In this document: positions 26,701-40,480 of the stretch, piece by piece
Layout of the letters: every line of letters starts with the position of its first letter
How positions within the stretch are numbered: the first letter of the stretch is position 1
NCBI GenBank assembly: GCA_964057225.1
Contig: CAXKVF010000077.1
Coordinates: 620,001-684,000, forward strand
Source of the DNA: Auanema rhodensis
Taxonomy: Eukaryota > Animalia > Nematoda
DNA: 64,000 nucleotides
Direction: 5' to 3'
Program-made: the position numbers and the translations under genes
Notes under the pieces: model-generated
What the model was told of the DNA's origin: nothing
Seen by the model: only the letters and a program-made list of their open reading frames with translations
The model's database searches: none

Positions 26701-29700
26701 CCATGAACTAATATCAATAAAAATTTGTTTTTAGACTAATATGGACATGGGGAATTTAATTTTGAAAACCGTATCTCTTTATCTTTCACGTGAAGCGAGT
26801 TACATACCAAGTGCACATCACGTGTACATTTAATTAGCATAAATTAAAGTTCACGTAAATTTCAAAGTCATGGTTACCATGAACCAATATCAATAAAAAT
26901 TTGTTTTTAGACTAATATGGATATGGGGAATCTAATTTTGAAAACCGCATCTCTTTATCTTTCACGTGAAGCGAGTTACATACCAAGTGCACATCACGTG
27001 TACATTTAATTAGCATAAATTAAAGTTCACGTAAATTTCAAAGTCATGGTTACCATGAACTAATATCAATAAAAATTTGTTTTTAGACTAATATGGACAT
27101 GGGGAATCTAATTTTGAAAACCGCATCTCTTTATCTTTCACGTGAAGCGAGTTACATACCAAGTGCACATCACGTGTACAATTAATTAGCATAAATTAAA
27201 GTTCACGTAAATTTCAAAGTCATGGTTACCATGAAGCAATATCAATAAAAATTTGTTTTTAGACTAATATGGACATGGGGAATCTAATTTTGAAAACCGC
27301 ATCTCTTTATCTTTCACGTGAAGCGAGTTACATACCAAGTGCACATCACGTGTACATTTAATTAGCATAAATTAAAGTTCACGTAAATTTCAAAGTCATG
27401 GTTACCATGAACCAATATCAATAAAAATTTGTTTTTAGACTAATATGGACATGGGGAATCTAATTTTGAAAACCGCATCTCTTTATCTTTCACGTGAAGC
27501 GAGTTACATACCAAGTGCACATCACGTGTACATTTAATTAGCATAAATTAAAGTTCACGTAAATTTCAAAGTCATGGTTACCATGAACCAATATCAATAA
27601 AAATTTGTTTTTAGACTAATATGGACATGGGGAATCTAATTTTGAAAACCGCATCTCTTTATCTTTCACGTGAAGCGAGTTACATACCAAGTGCACATCA
27701 CGTGTACATTTAATTAGCATAAATTAAAGTTCACGTAAATTTCAAAGTCATGGTTACCATGCACCAATATCAATAAAAATTTGTTTTTAGACTAATATGA
27801 ACATGGGGAATCTAATTTTGAAAACCGCATCTCTTTATCTTTCACGTGAAGCGAGTTACATACCAAGTGCACATCACGTGTACATTTAATTAGCATAAAT
27901 TAAAGTTCACGTAAATTTCAAAGTCATGGTTACCATGAACCAATATCAATAAAAATTTGTTTTTAGACTAATATGGACATGGGGAATCTAATTTTGAAAA
28001 CCGCATCTCTTTATCTTTCACGTGAAGCGAGTTACATACCAAGTGCACATCACGTGTACATTTAATTAGCATAAATTAAAGTTCACGTAAATTTCAAAGT
28101 CATGGTTACCATGCACCAATATCAATAAAAATTTGTTTTTAGACTAATATGGACATGGGGAATCTAATTTTGAAAACCGCATCTCTTTATCTTTCACGTG
28201 AAGCGAGTTACATACCAAGTGCACATCACGTGTACATTTAATTAGCATAAATTAAAGTTCACGTAAATTTCAAAGTCATGGTTACCATGCACCAATATCA
28301 ATAAAAATTTGTTTTTAGACTAATATGGACATGGGGAATCTAATTTTGAAAACCGCATCTCTTTATCTTTCACGTGAAGCGAGTTACATACCAAGTGCAC
28401 ATCACGTTTACATTTAATTAGCATAAATTAAAGTTCACGTAAATTTCAAAGTCATGGTTACCATGCACCAATATCAATAAAAATTTGTTTTTAGACTAAT
28501 ATGGACATGGGGAATCTAATTTTGAAAACCGCATCTCTTTTTCTTTCACGTGAAGCGAGTTACATACCAAGTGCACATCACGTGTACATTTAATGAGCAT
28601 AAATTAAAGTTCACGTAAATTTCAAAGTCATGGTTACCATGAACTAATATCAATAAAAATTTGTTTTTAGACTAATATGGACATGGGGAATCTAATTTTG
28701 AAAACCGCATCTCTTTATCTTTCACGTGAAGCGAGTTACATACCAAGTGCACATCACGTGTACAATTAATTAGCATAAATTAAAGTTCACGTAAATTTCA
28801 AAGTCATGGTTACCATGAAGCAATATCAATAAAAATTTGTTTCTAGACTAATATGGACATGGGGAATCTAATTTTGAAAACCGCATCTCTTTATCTTTCA
28901 CGTGAAGCGAGTTACATACCAAGTGCACATCACGTGTACATTTAATTAGCATAAATTAAAGTTCACGTAAATTTCAAAGTCATGGTTACCATGAAGCAAT
29001 ATCAATAAAAATTTGTTTTTAGACTAATATGGACATGGGGAATCTAATTTTGAAAACCACATCTCTTTATCTTTCACGTGAAGCGAGTTACATACCAAGT
29101 GCACATCACGTGTACATTTAATTAGCATAAATTAAAGTTCACGTAAATTTCAAAGTCATGGTTACCATGAACCAATATCAATAAAAATTTGTTTTTAGAC
29201 TAATATGGACATGGGGAATCTAATTTTGAAAACCGCATCTCTTTATCTTTCACGTGAAGCGAGTTACATACCAAGTGCACATCACGTGTACATTTAATTA
29301 GCATAAATTAAAGTTCACGTAAATTTCAAAGTCATGGTTACCATGAACCAATATCAATAAAAATTTGTTTTTAGACTAATATGGACATGGGGAATCTAAT
29401 TTTGAAAACCGCATCTCTTTATCTTTCACGTGAAGCGAGTTACATACCAAGTGCACATCACGTGTACATTTAATTAGCATAAATTAAAGTTCACGTAAAT
29501 TTCAAAGTCATGGTTACCATGCACCAATATCAATAAAAATTTGTTTTTAGACTAATATGGACATGGGGAATCTAATTTTGAAAACCGCATCTCTTTATCT
29601 TTCACGTGAAGCGAGTTACATACCAAGTGCACATCACGTGTACATTTAATTAGCATAAATTAAAGTTCACGTAAATTTCAAAGTCATGGTTACCATGAAC

Positions 29701-32700
29701 CAATATCAATAAAAATTTGTTTTTAGACTAATATGGACATGAGGAATCTAATTTTGAAAACCGCATCTCTTCATCTTTCACGTGAAGCGAGTTACATACC
29801 AAGTGCACATCACGTGTACATTTAATTAGCATAAATTAAAGTTCACGTAAATTTCAAAGTCATGGTTACCATTCACCAATATCAATAAAAATTTGTTTTT
29901 AGACTAATATGGACATGGGGAATCTAATTTTGAAAACCGCATCTCTTTATCTTTCACGTGAAGCGAGTTACATACCAAGTGCACATCACGTGTACATTTA
30001 ATTAGCATAAATTAAAGTTCACGTAAATTTCAAAGTCATGGTTACCATGAACCAATATCAATAAAAATTTGTTTTTAGACTAATATGGACATGAGGAATC
30101 TAATTTTGAAAACCGCATCTCTTCATCTTTCACGTGAAGCGAGTTACATACCAAGTGCACATCACGTGTACATTTAATTAGCATAAATTAAAGTTCACGT
30201 AAATTTCAAAGTCATGGTTACCATTCACCAATATCAATAAAAATTTGTTTTTAGACTAATATGGACATGGGGAATCTAATTTTGAAAACCGCATCTCTTT
30301 ATCTTTCACGTGAAGCGAGTTACATACCAAGTGCACATCACGTGTACATTTAATTAGCATAAATTAAAGTTCACGTAAATTTCAAAGTCATGGTTACCAT
30401 GCACCAATATCAATAAAAATTTGTTTTTAGACTAATATGGACATGGGGAATCTAATTTTGAAAACCGCATCTCTTTATCTTTCACGTGAAGCGAGTTACA
30501 TACCAAGTGCACATCACGTGTACATTTAATTAGCATAAATTAAAGTTCACGTAAATTTCAAAGTCATGGTTATCATGAAGCAATATCAATAAAAATTTGT
30601 TTTTAGACTAATATGGACATGGGGAATCTAATTTTGAAAACCGCATCTCTTTATCTTTCACGTGAAGCGAGTTACATACCAAGTGCACATCACGTGTACA
30701 TTTAATTAGCATAAATTAAAGTTCACGTAAATTTCAAAGTCATGGTTACCATGAACCAATATCAATAAAAATTTGTTTTTAGACTAATATGGACATGGGG
30801 AATCTAATTTTGAAAACCGCATCTCTTTATCTTTCACGTGAAGCGAGTTACATACCAAGTGCACATCACGTGTACATTTAATTAGCATAAATTAAAGTTC
30901 ACGTAAATTTCAAAGTCATGGTTACCATGAACCAATATCAATAAAAATTTGTTTTTAGACTAATATGGACATGGGGAATCTAATTTTGAAAACCGCATCT
31001 CTTTATCTTTCACGTGAAGCGAGTTACATACCAAGTGCACATCACGTGTACATTTAATTAGCATAAATTAAAGTTCACGTAAATTTCAAAGTCATGGTTA
31101 CCATTCACCAATATCAATAAAAATTTGTTTTTAGACTAATATGGACATGGGGAATCTAATTTTGAAAACCGCATCTCTTTATCTTTCACGTGAAGCGAGT
31201 TACATACCAAGTGCACATCACGTGTACATTTAATTAGCATAAATTAAAGTTCACGTAAATTTCAAAGTCATGGTTACCATGCACCAATATCAATAAAAAT
31301 TTGTTTTTAGACTAATATGGACATGGGGAATCTAATTTTGAAAACCGCATCTCTTTATCTTTCACGTGAAGCGAGTTACATACCAAGTGCACATCACGTG
31401 TACATTTAATTAGCATAAATTAAAGTTCACGTAAATTTCAAAGTCATGGTTATCATGAAGCAATATCAATAAAAATTTGTTTTTAGACTAATATGGACAT
31501 GGGGAATCTAATTTTGAAAACCGCATCTCTTTATCTTTCACGTGAAGCGAGTTACATACCAAGTGCACATCACGTGTACATTTAATTAGCATAAATTAAA
31601 GTTCACGTAAATTTCAAAGTCATGGTTACCATGAACCAATATCAATAAAAATTTGTTTTTAGACTAATATGGACATGGGGAATCTAATTTTGAAAACCGC
31701 ATCTCTTTATCTTTCACGTGAAGCGAGTTACATACCAAGTGCACATCACGTGTACATTTAATTAGCATAAATTAAAGTTCACGTAAATTTCAAAGTCATG
31801 GTTACCATGAACCAATATCAATAAAAATTTGTTTTTAGACTAATATGGACATGGGGAATCTAATTTTGAAAACCGCATCTCTTTATCTTTCACGTGAAGC
31901 GAGTTACATACCAAGTGCACATCACGTGTACATTTAATTAGCATAAATTAAAGTTCACGTAAATTTCAAAGTCATGGTTATCATGAAGCAATATCAATAA
32001 AAATTTGTTTTTAGACTAATATGGACATGGGGAATCTAATTTTGAAAACCGCATCTCTTTATCTTTCACGTGAAGCGAGTTACATACCAAGTGCACATCA
32101 CGTGTACATTTAATTAGCATAAATTAAAGTTCACGTAAATTTCAAAGTCATGGTTATCATGAAGCAATATCAATAAAAATTTGTTTTTAGACTAATATGG
32201 ACATGGGGAATCTAATTTTGAAAACCGCATCTCTTTATCTTTCACGTGAAGCGAGTTACATACCAAGTGCACATCACGTGTACATTTAATTAGCATAAAT
32301 TAAAGTTCACGTAAATTTCAAAGTCATGGTTATCATGAAGCAATATCAATAAAAATTTGTTTTTAGACTAATATGGACATGGGGAATCTAATTTTGAAAA
32401 CCGCATCTCTTTATCTTTCACGTGAAGCGAGTTACATACCAAGTGCACATCACGTGTACATTTAATTAGCATAAATTAAAGTTCACGTAAATTTCAAAGT
32501 CATGGTTACCATGAACCAATATCAATAAAAATTTGTTTTTAGACTAATATGGACATGGGGAATCTAATTTTGAAAACCGCATCTCTTCATCTTTCACGTG
32601 AAGCGAGTTACATACCAAGTGCACATCACGTGTACATTTAATTAGCATAAATTAAAGTTCACGTAAATTTCAAAGTCATGGTTACCATTCACCAATATCA

Positions 32701-35376
32701 ATAAAAATTTGTTTTTAGACTAATATGGACATGGGGAATCTAATTTTGAAAACCGCATCTCTTTATCTTTCACGTGAAGCGAGTTACATACCAAGTGCAC
32801 ATCACGTGTACATTTAATTAGCATAAATTAAAGTTCACGTAAATTTCAAAGTCATGGTTACCATGCACCAATATCAATAAAAATTTGTTTTTAGACTAAT
32901 ATGGACATGGGGAATCTAATTTTGAAAACCGCATCTCTTTATCTTTCACGTGAAGCGAGTTACATACCAAGTGCACATCACGTGTACATTTAATTAGCAT
33001 AAATTAAAGTTCACGTAAATTTCAAAGTCATGGTTACCATGAAGCAATATCAATAAAAATTTGTTTTTAGACTAATATGGACATGGGGAATCTAATTTTG
33101 AAAACCGCGTCTCTTTATCTTTCACGTGAAGCGAGTTACATACCAAGTGCACATCACGTGTACATTTAATTAGCATAAATTAAAGTTCACGTAAATTTCA
33201 AAGTCATGGTTACCATGAAGCAATATCAATAAAAATTTGTTTTTAGACTAATATGGACATGGGGAATCTAATTTTGAAAACCGCATCTCTTTATCTTTCA
33301 CGTGAAGCGAGTTACATACCAAGTGCACATCACGTGTACATTTAATTAGCATAAATTAAAGTTCACGTAAATTTCAAAGTCATGGTTACCATGAACTAAT
33401 ATCAATGAAAATTTGTTTTTAGACTAATATGGACATGGGGAATCTAATTTTGAAAACCGCATCTCTTTATCTTTCACGTGAAGCGAGTTACATACCAAGT
33501 GCACATCACGTGTACAATTAATTAGCATAAATTAAAGTTCACGTAAATTTCAAAGTCATGGTTACCATGAAGCAATATCAATAAAAATTTGTTTCTAGAC
33601 TAATATGGACATGGGGAATCTAATTTTGAAAACCGCATCTCTTTATCTTTCACGTGAAGCGAGTTACATACCAAGTGCACATCACGTGTACATTTAATTA
33701 GCATAAATTAAAGTTCACGTAAATTTCAAAGTCATGGTTACCATGAACCAATATCAATAAAAATTTGTTTTTAGACTAATATGGACATGAGGAATCTAAT
33801 TTTGAAAACCGCATCTCTTCATCTTTCACGTGAAGCGAGTTACATACCAAGTGCACATCACGTGTACATTTAATTAGCATAAATTAAAGTTCACGTAAAT
33901 TTCAAAGTCATGGTTACCATTCACCAATATCAATAAAAATTTGTTTTTAGACTAATATGGACATGGGGAATCTAATTTTGAAAACCGCATCTCTTTATCT
34001 TTCACGTGAAGCGAGTTACATACCAAGTGCACATCACGTGTACATTTAATTAGCATAAATTAAAGTTCACGTAAATTTCAAAGTCATGGTTACCATGCAC
34101 CAATATCAATAAAAATTTGTTTTTAGACTAATATGGACATGGGGAATCTAATTTTGAAAACCGCATCTCTTTATCTTTCACGTGAAGCGAGTTACATACC
34201 AAGTGCACATCACGTGTACATTTAATTAGCATAAATTAAAGTTCACGTAAATTTCAAAGTCATGGTTACCATTCACCAATATCAATAAAAATTTGTTTTT
34301 AGACTAATATGGACATGGGGAATCTAATTTTGAAAACCGCATCTCTTTATCTTTCACGTGAAGCGAGTTACATACCAAGTGCACATCACGTGTACATTTA
34401 ATTAGCATAAATTAAAGTTCACGTAAATTTCAAAGTCATGGTTACCATGCACCAATATCAATAAAAATTTGTTTTTAGACTAATATGGACATGGGGAATC
34501 TAATTTTGAAAACCGCATCTCTTTATCTTTCACGTGAAGCGAGTTACATACCAAGTGCACATCACGTGTACATTTAATTAGCATAAATTAAAGTTCACGT
34601 AAATTTCAAAGTCATGGTTACCATGAAGCAATATCAATAAAAATTTGTTTTTAGACTAATATGGACATGGGGAATCTAATTTTGAAAACCGCGTCTCTTT
34701 ATCTTTCACGTGAAGCGAGTTACATACCAAGTGCACATCACGTGTACATTTAATTAGCATAAATTAAAGTTCACGTAAATTTCAAAGTCATGGTTACCAT
34801 GCACCAATATCAATAAAAATTTGTTTTTAAACTAATATGGACATGGGGAATCTAATTTTGAAAACCGCATCTCTTTATCTTTCAAGTGAAGCGAGTTACA
34901 TACCAAGTGCACATCACGTGTACATTTACTTAGCATAAATTAAAGTTCACGTAAATTTCAAAGTCATGGTTACCATGAACCAATATCAATAAAAATTTGT
35001 TTTTAGACTAATATGGACATGGGGAATCTAATTTTGAAAACCGCATCTCTTTATCTTTCACGTGAAGCGAGTTACATACCAAGTGCACATCACGTGTACA
35101 TTTAATTAGCATAAATTAAAGTTCACGTAAATTTCAAAGTCATGGTTACCATGCACCAATATCAATAAAAATTTGTTTTTAAACTAATATGGACATGGGG
35201 AATCTAATTTTGAAAACCGCATCTCTTTATCTTTCAAGTGAAGCGAGTTACATACCAAGTGCACATCACGTGTACATTTAATTAGCATAAATTAAAGTTC
35301 ACGTAAATTTCAAAGTCATGGTTACCATGAACCAATATCAATAAAAATTTGTTTTTAGACTAATATGGACATGGGG

Positions 35377-36784
35377 AATCTAATTTTGAAAACCGCATCT
35401 CTTTATCTTTCACGTGAAGCGAGTTACATACCAAGTGCACATCACGTGTACATTTAATTAGCATAAATTAAAGTTCACGTAAATTTCAAAATCATGGTTA
35501 CCATGAACTAATATCAATAAAAATTTGTTTTTAGACTAATATGGACATGGGGAATCTAATTTTGAAAACCGCATCTCTTTATCTTTCACGTGAAGCGAGT
35601 TACATACCAAGTGCACATCACGTGTACAATTAATTAGCATAAATTAAAGTTCACGTAAATTTCAAAGTCATGGTTACCATGAAGCAATATCAATAAAAAT
35701 TTGTTTCTAGACTAATATGGACATGGGGAATCTAATTTTGAAAACCGCATCTCTTTATCTTTCACGTGAAGCGAGTTACATACCAAGTGCACATCACGTG
35801 TACATTTAATTAGCATAAATTAAAGTTCACGTAAATTTCAAAGTCATGGTTACCATGAAGCAATATCAATAAAAATTTGTTTTTAGACTAATATGGACAT
35901 GGGGAATCTAATTTTGAAAACCACATCTCTTTACCTTTCACGTGAAGCGAGTTACATACCAAGTGCACATCACGTGTACATTTGATTAGCATAAATTAAA
36001 GTTCACGTAAATTTCAAAGTCATGGTTACCATGAACCAATATCAATAAAAATTTGTTTTTAGACTAATATGGACATGGGGAATCTAATTTTGAAAACCGC
36101 ATCTCTTTATCTTTCACGTGAAGCGAGTTACATACCAAGTGCACATCACGTGTACATTTAATTAGCATAAATTAAAGTTCACGTAAATTTCAAAATCATG
36201 GTTACCATGAACTAATATCAATAAAAATTTGTTTTTAGACTAATATGGACATGGGGAATCTAATTTTGAAAACCGCATCTCTTTATCTTTCACGTGAAGC
36301 GAGTTACATACCAAGTGCACATCACGTGTACAATTAATTAGCATAAATTAAAGTTCACGTAAATTTCAAAGTCATGGTTACCATGAAGCAATATCAATAA
36401 AAATTTGTTTCTAGACTAATATGGACATGGGGAATCTAATTTTGAAAACCGCATCTCTTTATCTTTCACGTGAAGCGAGTTACATACCAAGTGCACATCA
36501 CGTGTACATTTAATTAGCATAAATTAAAGTTCACGTAAATTTCAAAGTCATGGTTACCATGAAGCAATATCAATAAAAATTTGTTTTTAGACTAATATGG
36601 ACATGGGGAATCTAATTTTGAAAACCACATCTCTTTACCTTTCACGTGAAGCGAGTTACATACCAAGTGCACATCACGTGTACATTTGATTAGCATAAAT
36701 TAAAGTTCACGTAAATTTCAAAGTCATGGTTACCATGAACCAATATCAATAAAAATTTGTTTTTAGACTAATATGGACATGGGG
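35377..36784. repeat. 4-monomer (704 bp) tandem duplication
   Basis: G115A; T77A+T155C; and G19A+T30C+A80G each recur at an offset of exactly 704 bp. Confidence 0.92.
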
Positions 36785-39700
36785 AATCTAATTTTGAAAA
36801 CCGCATCTCTTTATCTTTCACGTGAAGCGAGTTACATACCAAGTGCACATCACGTGTACATTTAATTAGCATAAATTAAAGTTCACGTAAATTTCAAAGT
36901 CATGGTTACCATGAACTAATATCAATAAAAATTTGTTTTTAGACTAATATGGACATGGGGAATCTAATTTTGAAAACCGCATCTCTTTATCTTTCACGTG
37001 AAGCGAGTTACATACCAAATGCACATCACGTGTACATTTAATTAGCATAAATTAAAGTTCACGTAAATTTCAAAGTCATGGTTACCATGCACCAATATCA
37101 ATAAAAATTTGTTTTTAGACTAATATGGACATGGGGAATCTAATTTTGAAAACCGCATCTCTTTATCTTTCACGTGAAGCGAGTTACATACCAAGTGCAC
37201 ATCACGTGTACATTTAATTAGCATAAATTAAAGTTCACGTAAATTTCAAAGTCATGGTTACCATGAACCAATATCAATAAAAATTTGTTTTTAGACTAAT
37301 ATGGACATGGGGAATCTAATTTTGAAAACCGCATCTCTTCATCTTTCACGTGAAGCGAGTTACATACCAAGTGCACATCACGTGTACATTTAATTAGCAT
37401 AAATTAAAGTTCACGTAAATTTCAAAGTCATGGTTACCATTCACCAATATCAATAAAAATTTGTTTTTAGACTAATATGGACATGGGGAATCTAATTTTG
37501 AAAACCGCATCTCTTTATCTTTCACGTGAAGCGAGTTACATACCAAGTGCACATCACGTGTACATTTAATTAGCATAAATTAAAGTTCACGTAAATTTCA
37601 AAGTCATGGTTACCATGCACCAATATCAATAAAAATTTGTTTTTAGACTAATATGGACATGGGGAATCTAATTTTGAAAACCGCATCTCTTTATCTTTCA
37701 CGTGAAGCGAGTTACATACCAAGAGCACATCACGTGTACATTTAATTAGCATAAATTAAAGTTCACGTAAATTTCAAAGTCATGGTTACCATGAACTAAT
37801 ATCAATAAAAATTTGTTTTTAGACTAATATGGACATGGGGAATCTAATTTTGAAAACCGCATCTCTTTATCTTTCACGTGAAGCGAGTTACATACCAAGT
37901 GCACATCACGTGTACATTTAATTAGCATAAATTAAAGTTCACGTAAATTTCAAAGTCATGGTTACCATGAACCAATATCAATAAAAATTTGTTTTTAGAC
38001 TAATATGGACATGGGGAATCTAATTTTGAAAACCGCATCTCTTTATCTTTCACGTGAAGCGAGTTACATACCAAGTGCACATCACGTGTACATTTAATTA
38101 GCATAAATTAAAGTTCACGTAAATTTCAAAGTCATGGTTACCATGAACTAATATCAATAAAAATTTGTTTTTAGACTAATATGGACATGGGGAATCTAAT
38201 TTTGAAAACCGCATCTCTTTATCTTTCACGTGAAGCGAGTTACATACCAAGTGCACATCACGTGTACATTTAATTAGCATAAATTAAAGTTCACGTAATC
38301 TTCAAAGTCATGGTTACCATGAACCAATATCAATAAAAATTTGTTTTTAGACTAATATGGACATGGGGAATCTAATTTTGAAAACCGCATCTCTTTATCT
38401 TTCACGTGAAGCGAGTTACATACCAAGTGCACATCACGTGTACATTTAATTAGCATAAATTAAAGTTCACGTAAATTTCAAAGTCATGGTTACCATGAAC
38501 CAATATCAATAAAAATTTGTTTTTAGACTAATATGGACATGGGGAATCTAATTTTGAAAACCGCATCTCTTTATCTTTCACGTGAAGCGAGTTACATACC
38601 AAGTGCACATCACGTGTACATTTAATTAGCATAAATTAAAGTTCACGTAAATTTCAAAGTCATGGTTACCATGAACCAATATCAATAAAAATTTGTTTTT
38701 AGACTAATATGGACATGGGGAATCTAATTTTGAAAACCGCATCTCTTTATCTTTCACGTGAAGCGAGTTACATACCAAGTGCACATCACGTGTACATTTA
38801 ATTAGCATAAATTAAAGTTCACGTAAATTTCAAAGTCATGGTTACCATGCACCAATATCAATAAAAATTTGTTTTTAGACTAATATGGACATGGGGAATC
38901 TAATTTTGAAAACCGCATCTCTTTATCTTTCACGTGAAGCGAGTTACATACCAAGTGCACATCACGTGTACATTTAATTAGCATAAATTAAAGTTCACGT
39001 AAATTTCAAAGTCATGGTTACCATGAAGCAATATCAATAAAAATTTGTTTTTAGACTAATATGGACATGGGGAATCTAATTTTGAAAACCGCATCTCTTT
39101 ATCTTTCACGTGAAGCGAGTTACATACCAAGTGCACATCACGTGTACATTTAATTAGCATAAATTAAAGTTCACGTAAGTTTCAAAGTCATGGTTACCAT
39201 GAACCAATATCAATAAAAATTTGTTTTTAGACTAATATGGACATGGGGAATCTAATTTTGAAAACCGCATCTCTTTATCTTTCACGTGAAGCGAGTTACA
39301 TACCAAGTTCACATCACGTGTACATTTAATTAGCATAAATTAAAGTTCACGTAAATTTCAAAGTCATGGTTACCATGAACTAATATCAATAAAAATTTGT
39401 TTTTAGACTAATATGGACATGGGGAATCTAATTTTGAAAACCGCATCTCTTTATCTTTCACGTGAAGCGAGTTACATACCAAGTGCACATCACGTGTACA
39501 TTTAATTAGCATAAATTAAAGTTCACGTAAATTTCAAAGTCATGGTTACCATGAACCAATATCAATAAAAATTTGTTTTTAGACTAATATGGACATGGGG
39601 AATCTAATTTTGAAAACCGCATCTCTTTATCTTTCACGTGAAGCGAGTTACATACCAAGTGCACATCACGTGTACATTTAATTAGCATAAATTAAAGTTC

Positions 39701-40480
39701 ACGTAAATTTCAAAGTCATGGTTACCATGAATCAATATCAATAAAAATTTGTTTTTAGACTAATATGGACATGGGGAATCTAATTTTGAAAACCGCATCT
39801 CTTTATCTTTCAAGTGAAGCGAGTTACATACCAAGTGCACATCACGTGTACATTTAATTAGCATAAATTAAAGTTCACGTAAATTTCAAAGTCATGGTTA
39901 CCATGCACCAATATCAATAAAAAATTGTTTTTAGACTAATATGGACATGGGGAATCTAATTTTGAAAACCGCATCTCTTTATCTTTCACGTGAAGCGAGT
40001 TACATACCAAGTGCACATCACGTGTACATTTAATTAGCATAAATTAAAGTTCACGTAAATTTCAAAGTCATGGTTACCATGAACCAATATCAATAAAAAT
40101 TTGTTTTTAGACTAATATGGACATGGGGAATCTAATTTTGAAAACCGCATCTCTTTATCTTTCACGTGAAGCGAGTTACATACCAAGTGCACATCACGTG
40201 TACATTTAATTAGCATAAATTAAAGTTCACGTAAGTTTCAAAGTCATGGTTACCATGCACCAATATCAATAAAAATTTGTTTTTAGACTAATATGGACAT
40301 GGGGAATCTAATTTTGAAAACCGCATCACTTTATCTTTCACGTGAAGCGAGTTACATACCAAGTGCACATCACGTGTACATTTAATTAGCATAAATTAAA
40401 GTTCACGTAAATTTCAAAGTCATGGTTACCATGAACCAATATCAATAAAAATTTGTTTTTAGACTAATATGGACATGGGG

